Shown here: positions 1-5,598 of the stretch, in pieces | Numbering within the stretch: position 1 is the stretch's first letter | How the letters are laid out: each line of letters begins with the position of its first letter | The notes under the pieces: generated by a model | The model's database searches: none | The model's input: only the letters and a program-made list of their open reading frames with translations | Told to the model about the DNA's origin: nothing | Assembly (NCBI GenBank): GCA_026397045.1 | Contig: JAPLVO010000013.1 | Location: forward strand, 1 to 36,835 | Direction: 5' to 3' | Length of the DNA stretch: 36,835 nt | From: Patescibacteria group bacterium | GTDB lineage: Bacteria; Patescibacteriota; Saccharimonadia; CAILAD01; BJGX01 | Position numbers and translations under genes: made by a program

Positions 1-11
1 ATGGACACCGA

Positions 12-34
12 GGGACCCGAAAGGGTCCTTTTTT
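12..34 (+). terminator. Rho-independent terminator of the gene upstream of the window
   Basis: GGACCC-GAAA-GGGTCC hairpin (13-28) followed directly by T6 (29-34). Confidence 0.6.
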
Positions 35-36
35 GA

Positions 37-42
37 TACAAT
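37..42 (+). promoter_or_regulatory. -10 box TACAAT, 6 nt upstream of ATG49 (leaderless pattern)
   Basis: TACAAT at 37-42 abuts ATG43. ATG49 lies at the expected transcription start distance. No SD is present. Confidence 0.45.
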
Positions 43-801
43 ATGTGCATGACCAGTCCCATAACAAAGAATAACGAAAAATCTTATGACCTGCATGCTA
101 ACGACTGGCACAATGCAATGGCGACAAACTTTGGGCACAAATACCTTGAGAAGCCAGCCATGACTAGCCTTCTGCCAGAATCGCTGCAAGCTAAATCCGT
201 CCTATGTATAGGCGTGGGCACAGGTGAGGAGCTGAGTGAGCTTATCAATCGAAGCCCAAGAGAAGTTGTTGCAATTGATATCTCAGAGGAACTACTCAAG
301 ATTACTGCGTCTAAGTTCCCCGATATTGAGCTCCACAAAATGGACATGATGGATCTCGCATTTGCAAGCGAACGCTTTGACTATGTATATTCTAGCTTGG
401 CCCTTCATTACGCCAATGATTGGGACAAGCTACTCACAGGGATATTTAGAGTTCTAAAACAGAACGGTCATCTTATCTTCTCTACACACAACCCTGCTTA
501 TTGGGGTAAAAAGCCAGCAACAGGAGAATCGTACACTAACTTGCGTGGGGTGCGGGTCTCGGAGCACCAGGATACATTGCCAGGAGGCGTCGAGATAACC
601 TACTACAATCTCGAGGGTCAAGCAGAAATCAAAGAGGCAGTCGAACACGCAGGGTTTACTCTTGAAAAATCATTTGAACCAGAAGTACGAGAGGCAGACC
701 TTACGTCGCTGAGCGAGGCCGAGTCTCTTAGCTACACAAAGCTAAAGACCAAGAACGCATTGCTACCATTGTTCTACATTGTTAGCGCAACCAAGAGCTA
801 G
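43..801 (+). CDS. Class I SAM-dependent methyltransferase
   Basis: 252-aa ORF with SAM-binding motif I VLCIGVGTGEE and acidic motif VVAIDIS (Methyltransf_11/25-like fold). The real start is more likely ATG49 (MTSPIT...) because the -10 box abuts ATG43. Confidence 0.8.
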   Translation: MCMTSPITKNNEKSYDLHANDWHNAMATNFGHKYLEKPAMTSLLPESLQAKSVLCIGVGTGEELSELINRSPREVVAIDISEELLKITASKFPDIELHKMDMMDLAFASERFDYVYSSLALHYANDWDKLLTGIFRVLKQNGHLIFSTHNPAYWGKKPATGESYTNLRGVRVSEHQDTLPGGVEITYYNLEGQAEIKEAVEHAGFTLEKSFEPEVREADLTSLSEAESLSYTKLKTKNALLPLFYIVSATKS

Positions 802-845
802 TTTGATTTGGACCACAAGGCCAGCCAACATGCTTATACTCAAAA

Positions 846-867
846 AGACTCGAATGGGTCTTTTTTT
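846..867 (+). terminator. Rho-independent terminator of the methyltransferase gene
   Basis: AGACTC-GAAT-GGGTCT hairpin followed by T7. It is then followed by GATACAAT, as at positions 35-42. Confidence 0.6.
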
Positions 868-921
868 GATACAATTAAGTGATTAAATAAATAATTATGC
901 TACATAGAATTGCCTGAACTT

Positions 922-1326
922 ATGGACGGAAGAACAATCTACTCACAATACATAAAACCACCGTGGTCGCCACCGTCGTGGGTAATTGGCCTTGTATGGT
1001 CGTTTTTGTATGTGATTATTGCAGTTTCCTTTAGCGCGGTTTTTTATAGTGCATATAAAAAGCAAATTCCGCGGGTAGTTGCTTTGCCTTTTGCTCTTAA
1101 TATTATTTTCAACTTTGCCTTTCCATACATACAATTCGATTTGGCTAATAATTTTCTGGCATCTATCGACATATTGCTCGTTGTAGTCACACTCATATGG
1201 GCACTATTTGCAGTTTGGCGTAAAGCTCCCGAACTCAAATGGGTCGTATATGTAAACATCCCTTATCTTTTGTGGGGCGTATATGCGAGCTCTGTGCAGC
1301 TTGGAATTACTTATTTAAATGCCTAA
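922..1326 (+). CDS. tspO: TspO/MBR family (tryptophan-rich sensory protein), N-terminally short form
   Basis: YIKPPWSPPSWVIGLVWSFLYVIIAVS matches the TspO signature (KPxWxPPxWvFxPVWxxLY). Four hydrophobic helices follow. The ORF-track TTG910 lies inside a TAGAAT box (905-910), so ATG922 is preferred. Confidence 0.7.
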   Translation: MDGRTIYSQYIKPPWSPPSWVIGLVWSFLYVIIAVSFSAVFYSAYKKQIPRVVALPFALNIIFNFAFPYIQFDLANNFLASIDILLVVVTLIWALFAVWRKAPELKWVVYVNIPYLLWGVYASSVQLGITYLNA

Positions 1327-1345
1327 TTCAGGTACTCACATTACG
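1258..1345 (+). repeat. Direct repeat copy A (functional 3' end of tspO plus ~25 nt downstream)
   Basis: By-eye alignment to 2713-2798. About 53 of the first 60 nt are identical, and similarity continues past the stop codon. Confidence 0.75.
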
Positions 1346-1347
1346 GT

Positions 1348-1373
1348 GTGATAAGTTAAATCAAACTTATCAC
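1348..1373 (+). terminator. Hairpin downstream of tspO (weak terminator candidate)
   Basis: GTGATAAGTT-AAATCA-AACTTATCAC, a 10-bp stem. There is no clean T-run after it. Confidence 0.35.
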
Positions 1374-1501
1374 ATAGCTTATGATTTTGATATTTAACAT
1401 ACTGAGGCTCAGCTATTGTTAAGGTCTCGGGCTTTGCAATACTCATAAATAGTATCGTAGCTGACCTCATGTCGCGAAGATGGAGGAAGCTATATCAAAG
1501 T

Positions 1502-1966
1502 TTAGTTCGAACACCGCTCTGAATTGAGTACTATACTGAGTTCGATATATTCAGCACTAGTACTATCATCTGGGGCTTCAAGCATGCCGTATATATCAGG
1601 CTGAAAGATATTGATATATTGCTTTGATATATTGGCGCGCTGTCCACCATTTGGCGTTGCTTCATTGGTCACTTGCCATCCATCTTTACGGAGTTGATCT
1701 ATTATTGTCGAATATACTGATTCTGTTGAGCCTTTATCGGTAATACTTCTACCTTTAATGTCAAGACACCCTTCCTGAAAAAGCAGAGAAGATCCACCTT
1801 GATAGCTTCTTACATTTTGAGGGCTGGGAAGATAAGTATTTATAACATCTTCAGCGTTAGATATACTTGTAGGCAGGGATTCAATATATAAGAATGAAAT
1901 GAAAGCTGCGGCGAGGATCGTTATCGAAAGAATACCTAAGATTATTCTTTTGATCAGTTTATTCAT
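1502..1966 (-). CDS. Hypothetical secreted or membrane-anchored protein
   Basis: 154-aa ORF with an N-terminal signal-anchor (IILGILSITILAAAFISFLYI) and two Cys. No family recognised. A canonical promoter sits directly upstream. Confidence 0.6.
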   Translation of the reverse strand: MNKLIKRIILGILSITILAAAFISFLYIESLPTSISNAEDVINTYLPSPQNVRSYQGGSSLLFQEGCLDIKGRSITDKGSTESVYSTIIDQLRKDGWQVTNEATPNGGQRANISKQYINIFQPDIYGMLEAPDDSTSAEYIELSIVLNSERCSN

Positions 1967-1973
1967 AGCAGTA

Positions 1974-2002
1974 ATTATCTATTATGCTTAATAAAACGTC
2001 AA
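1974..2002 (-). promoter_or_regulatory. Promoter TTGACG-N17-GATAAT, 7 nt upstream of ATG1966 (leaderless)
   Basis: On the minus strand: TTGACG (2002-1997), 17-nt spacer, GATAAT (1979-1974), TACTGCT, then ATG. Confidence 0.55.
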
Positions 2003-2073
2003 GGCCCACAAAAACTTTAGTAGAACGGTTTTAGTATTCTTATTTCCTTCGAGGGCTTGGTTCAATGCTAAAA

Positions 2074-2113
2074 AAATTCTAGAGTTCTTAATCTCTCATG
2101 AGTTCTAGAATTT
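2074..2113. repeat. Inverted repeat built around TTCTAGA cores
   Basis: AAATTCTAGA (2074-2083) and TCTAGAATTT (2104-2113), 10-bp arms with a 20-nt spacer. It is intergenic. Confidence 0.45.
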
Positions 2114-2176
2114 AATCTACATTATAATTTGGATCATGCTCAGCTGAAATGCCGACACTAATTACTTCAAAATAAT

Positions 2177-2204
2177 AAACACCCTTGCAGCTGCAAGGGT
2201 GTTT
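2177..2204. terminator. Bidirectional terminator hairpin downstream of the 133-aa membrane protein gene
   Basis: Perfect palindrome AAACACCCTTGCAG/CTGCAAGGGTGTTT. The minus-strand reading is followed by ATTATTTT. Confidence 0.6.
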
Positions 2205-2232
2205 ATTCGAACTTAAGCTTAAGTATGCTTGC

Positions 2233-2634
2233 TTAAGATTCTTTGATGTCGCCACCGTGAACAAGTAGTGCATATATGATGCAAACTGAGACGACTATAA
2301 GTATAACCGACCAAATTGGTTGGTAAGGTATAAATACTAAGTTAGCACATGCGTATACTACAGCAAGTACGATACCAACAATTCGGCCGTAAATGTTGCC
2401 TTTTAGCACTGAAAGGCCAGCTAGTAGTATTAGTACACCTACTGCTAAGTGGTACCAGCCCCAGGCATTTAAGTCTATAGCCAAGATGTTGTTTGCGCCA
2501 ACCACATATACTTCTGGCTGAAACAAAGCTATAAAGCCAACGATGCTAGCGAAAAAACCCTGTAGAATCATTAGTACACCTGCAAAAGCCGCCCAGCCTA
2601 CCCATCCACTCATTTGTTTGTTTGATTTGTCCAT
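2233..2634 (-). CDS. Four-TM integral membrane protein (resembles actinobacterial DUF7144-type proteins)
   Basis: 133-aa ORF with four hydrophobic helices and a GWVGWAAFAG...WGWYHL pattern. SD AAAGGAGAA sits 6 nt upstream of ATG. The family assignment is from memory only. Confidence 0.6.
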   Translation of the reverse strand: MDKSNKQMSGWVGWAAFAGVLMILQGFFASIVGFIALFQPEVYVVGANNILAIDLNAWGWYHLAVGVLILLAGLSVLKGNIYGRIVGIVLAVVYACANLVFIPYQPIWSVILIVVSVCIIYALLVHGGDIKES

Positions 2635-2712
2635 ATTTTAAATTCTCCTTTTTAAATATTGCTATGCTTAAACATTAACACTACTTTACAATACGGGCAA
2701 TGTTCTGTAGGT

Positions 2713-2770
2713 ATCCCTTACTCTGTGTGGGGCGTATACGCGACCTCCGTGCAGCTTGGAATTACTTATT
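2713..2770 (+). pseudogene. Orphan tspO 3'-end fragment (repeat copy B; similarity extends to ~2798)
   Basis: Encodes IPYSVWGVYATSVQLGITY* versus IPYLLWGVYASSVQLGITYLNA* at the end of the intact tspO. There is no upstream tspO reading frame. Confidence 0.7.
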
Positions 2771-2916
2771 AAATTGCCGAATTCATGAGCTCACGGTACG
2801 CTCAGACTAATGGGTATTAAGAGAGTAAGACTTAATTGCTATACAGCAATATTTATTTGCCAAATATAAGCTGCTTACTCTAATTTTAACTTTTAGCTAG
2901 TGAATATCTTAAAAAG

Positions 2917-2925
2917 TGCTATAAT
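2917..2925 (+). promoter_or_regulatory. Extended -10 promoter TGCTATAAT for the DUF5679-like gene
   Basis: TGnTATAAT lies ~36 nt upstream of ATG2962. That ATG has a strong SD (AAGGAG). Confidence 0.5.
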
Positions 2926-2961
2926 TCAGTTTATTAAATAATTAAGAAGGAGTAAACAGAA

Positions 2962-3153
2962 ATGATTACAGGATACTGTGTTAAATGCAAAGAAAAAGGA
3001 GTTGAATTATCAGCCCCAGAGATTCACCAAACTAGTAAAGGTGGATATATGGCCAAAGGCAAGCACGAAAAATGTGGAACAACTGTTTGTGCGATGATGT
3101 CTAAAGATAATGCCGAAAAAGCAATAGCAGACGGCGCTACAAAATCCTACTAA
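2962..3153 (+). CDS. Small zinc-ribbon protein, DUF5679-like
   Basis: 63 aa with CVKCK...CGTTVC cysteine pairs. SD AAGGAG is 8 nt upstream. The family is recalled, not searched. Confidence 0.6.
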   Translation: MITGYCVKCKEKGVELSAPEIHQTSKGGYMAKGKHEKCGTTVCAMMSKDNAEKAIADGATKSY

Positions 3154-3262
3154 GCTAAACCCATAATATATTCTAGAAGGCTTTGTGTGCCGGCTGATCT
3201 AAGTCGGCACACCCAACCAATACCAGCTATTAAAATTCCGACCTAAAAAGTTAATATTTATT

Positions 3263-3271
3263 TGTTATAAT
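3263..3271 (+). promoter_or_regulatory. Extended -10 promoter TGTTATAAT
   Basis: TGnTATAAT lies 30 nt upstream of ATG3302. Confidence 0.45.
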
Positions 3272-3301
3272 AAAGCCGTAAATTAAACATTGGAGAAGCA
3301 C

Positions 3302-3682
3302 ATGAATAATCAATCTGATTCGCAGATGACAGTAATAAAAATAGTACGAGGAATTACATATGTAGTCTACGGCTTCACAATTGCCGCCGTTGTTAGCCTA
3401 GGCCTGAGCTTTTTCTTGCTCTTATTTAGTGCCAACCAAGATACCCCTTTCGTTAAGCTGGTGTATCAAGTGGCCTATGACTTTGCACAACCTTTCAGGG
3501 GCATATTCCCACCTCATCCCATAGGCGAGACTGGGTACTTTTCTACAACTGCGCTCTTCGCGATTGTCATGTACTTACTATTCGCTGCTGCTGTAAGCGC
3601 GCTCATAAGCTATATAAATCTCAGGATGGCCAAGCACCAGCAAGAACTTTCTGATATTGAAAACAAGTCATCCAGAAAATAA
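3302..3682 (+). CDS. Membrane protein, possibly YggT family
   Basis: Two or three TM helices. The segment FAQPFRGIFPPHPIGETGYFSTTALFAIV resembles the YggT core (P.R...P..g..D.S...a). GGAG at 3292-3295 favours ATG3302 over the ORF-track TTG3290. Confidence 0.5.
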   Translation: MNNQSDSQMTVIKIVRGITYVVYGFTIAAVVSLGLSFFLLLFSANQDTPFVKLVYQVAYDFAQPFRGIFPPHPIGETGYFSTTALFAIVMYLLFAAAVSALISYINLRMAKHQQELSDIENKSSRK

Positions 3683-3781
3683 CCTACCCATTTTTTCAAA
3701 TATAAGCTAAATACTTTTACTGCCTAACTGGCTTTTTATTATCATATTAGCCTAGCCTGCCTATGTAATGAGGGCGGTATT

Positions 3782-4456
3782 TTAAAAGCTAAGTAGATCG
3801 GGGCGATTCTTTTGGGTCTTCTTCACAGACTCAGCCTTACGCCACACTAAAGTTTTGGAATGATTCCCCAGTAGAAGCACTTTTGGCACTTTCATGCCTT
3901 TGTATTCTTCTGGTCGAGTGTATTGAGGGTACTCAAGAAGGCCTTGGCTAAAGGACTCATCGTGCTGGCTCTGTGAATCACCTAGCACCCCTGGCACTAG
4001 TCTTACGCAAGCGTCAATAGCGGTCATTGCGGGTAGCTCTCCCCCTGTCAAAATAAAATCACCGACAGATATCTCTAAATCAACTAATTTCATTATTCGT
4101 TCATCAAAACCTTCATAATGGCCGCATATTATTATTACTTCTTTTAGTCGGCTAATTTTTCTAGCTGTAGACTGGGTGAATTGTTTGCCGCGAGGCGTCA
4201 TGAGTATTACTTTAGCAAGCGGCAGCTTCTTTTTGATAGACTCAACTGCTTCATATATTGGCTCTGGCTTTAAGACCATCCCCGCACCTCCCCCATACGG
4301 AGTGTCATCGACTTGGCGCCGTTTACCTAGGCCAAAGCTCCGTAGATCAACTATGCTAAACTTTACGAGCTTTTCTTTTTGAGCCTTCCACATCATGCTT
4401 GAGCCGAGAATGGGGCTAAACATCTCTGGAAATAGAGTGATAATTGATATTTTCAT
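3782..4456 (-). CDS. trmD: tRNA (guanine37-N1)-methyltransferase TrmD
   Basis: MKISIITLFPEMF start, DDTPYGGGAGMVLKPEP and ICGHYEGFDERI motifs. The ORF-track start is TTG4477. ATG4456 gives the canonical N-terminus. Confidence 0.93.
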   Translation of the reverse strand: MKISIITLFPEMFSPILGSSMMWKAQKEKLVKFSIVDLRSFGLGKRRQVDDTPYGGGAGMVLKPEPIYEAVESIKKKLPLAKVILMTPRGKQFTQSTARKISRLKEVIIICGHYEGFDERIMKLVDLEISVGDFILTGGELPAMTAIDACVRLVPGVLGDSQSQHDESFSQGLLEYPQYTRPEEYKGMKVPKVLLLGNHSKTLVWRKAESVKKTQKNRPDLLSF

Positions 4457-4465
4457 GCAACCTAT

Positions 4466-4471
4466 ATTATA
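4466..4471 (-). promoter_or_regulatory. -10 box TATAAT, 9 nt upstream of the trmD ATG
   Basis: Minus strand reads TATAAT-ATAGGTTGC-ATG with no SD. Confidence 0.35.
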
Positions 4472-4497
4472 AAGCAACTAAGCATAACTGTTCAAGG

Positions 4498-4878
4498 CTA
4501 AAGCTCTATATCAAGTTCCTCTAAGCCCTCCCTGGCTTTAGCTTTGATATCCTCGGTACTGCTGAGTTCCGAATTAGGCTGTTGATTGCCTTGCGGCTCA
4601 ATGGTATCACTCTGGGAGCCGGCCTCCTGGCCATCTGGCTCCGAAATCTTAAGGTTATATCGAGCATCCTGCTTGGCACCCAGCACTCTTAGGAGAGTCC
4701 TAATGGCCTTAGCCGTAGCACCTGCTTTACCTATTATCTTGCCCATATCATCTGGGTCTACAGTGAGCTCCAAAAGTACCCCCCGCTCATCAACTGTTCT
4801 TGTTATTTCTACTGATTCTGGCTTGTCTACGATTGTACCTACTATATACTCTAGAAATTCCTGATCTGATTGAGCCAT
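4498..4878 (-). CDS. KH-domain RNA-binding protein (YlqC/UPF0109-like) with acidic C-terminal tail
   Basis: The GKIIGKAGATAKAIRTLL motif is a GxxG KH motif. It sits between rpsP and trmD as in Firmicutes. SD AAGGAG is present. Confidence 0.8.
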   Translation of the reverse strand: MAQSDQEFLEYIVGTIVDKPESVEITRTVDERGVLLELTVDPDDMGKIIGKAGATAKAIRTLLRVLGAKQDARYNLKISEPDGQEAGSQSDTIEPQGNQQPNSELSSTEDIKAKAREGLEELDIEL

Positions 4879-4899
4879 ACTTAATTCTCCTTAATATTA

Positions 4900-4935
4900 A
4901 AATACAACCTCATTGTAAACAATAAGGTTGTATTT
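4900..4935 (-). terminator. Hairpin between rpsP and the KH gene (terminator or attenuator)
   Basis: AAATACAACCT/AGGTTGTATTT, an 11-bp stem with a 14-nt loop, 15 nt after the rpsP stop. A U-rich tail follows on the minus strand. Confidence 0.5.
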
Positions 4936-4950
4936 TTCTAGTTCTGGCCA

Positions 4951-5475
4951 CTACTCAGGCTTGGCTTGCTGGATATCTTGGGCTTTCTCTGCGGCTTGGG
5001 CGACCTTTTCAGTGGCCTCTTTTTGGTCTGTGGCCACCTTTGCTTCTGTTGCAGCTGTTTCAGGTGCATCTACCGATTGAATTTTGGCTTCTGATTTGTC
5101 TTCAGCTATATTTGCATCAGCTGCTTCGGGCTCTGCCTGTGCTGGTATCTCAACACCATCGGTTGGGGCTGCGGCTGACTTAGGATCTTCAGCCTCTTGC
5201 TTTGATTTTTTGAACCGGTCATGTGTTTTAGCCCAATCAGGTGTGATTACATCTTGGGTTTGGAGTATACGCAAGACTCTATCGGATGGCTGAGCACCAT
5301 TAATTAGATACTTCTGGGTTAACTCTTTATTAATTTTGGTTTCTTTAGTGTGGGGGTTATAGGTGCCCAATATATCCAAAAACTTGCCAGTCGCGGCCCG
5401 ACGCTTGTCGGCTGCTACTATACGATATATTGCCTGTTTTACTCGCCCGCCACGAGCTAATCGAATAACTACCAT
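4951..5475 (-). CDS. rpsP: 30S ribosomal protein S16 with long Ala/Glu/Lys-rich C-terminal extension
   Basis: MVVIRLARGGRVKQAIYRIVAADKR...GTYNP is the canonical S16 N-terminus. About 90 extra low-complexity residues follow. Confidence 0.93.
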   Translation of the reverse strand: MVVIRLARGGRVKQAIYRIVAADKRRAATGKFLDILGTYNPHTKETKINKELTQKYLINGAQPSDRVLRILQTQDVITPDWAKTHDRFKKSKQEAEDPKSAAAPTDGVEIPAQAEPEAADANIAEDKSEAKIQSVDAPETAATEAKVATDQKEATEKVAQAAEKAQDIQQAKPE

Positions 5476-5520
5476 CTTTTCCTTTTCTTATACTTAGTTT
5501 TTGAAAAACGAATACGATCT

Positions 5521-5550
5521 ATTCTACCTGTAAAATGGGGTTTTTGTCAA
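5521..5550 (-). promoter_or_regulatory. rpsP promoter TTGACA-N18-TAGAAT
   Basis: On the minus strand: TTGACA (5550-5545), 18-nt spacer, TAGAAT (5526-5521). A ~40-nt leader follows with SD AAGGAAAAG before the ATG. Confidence 0.55.
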
Positions 5551-5598
5551 TATTATCGTTCCCTTCCGAAGCTGAATTGGCAAAAATTACTGCCCTTG

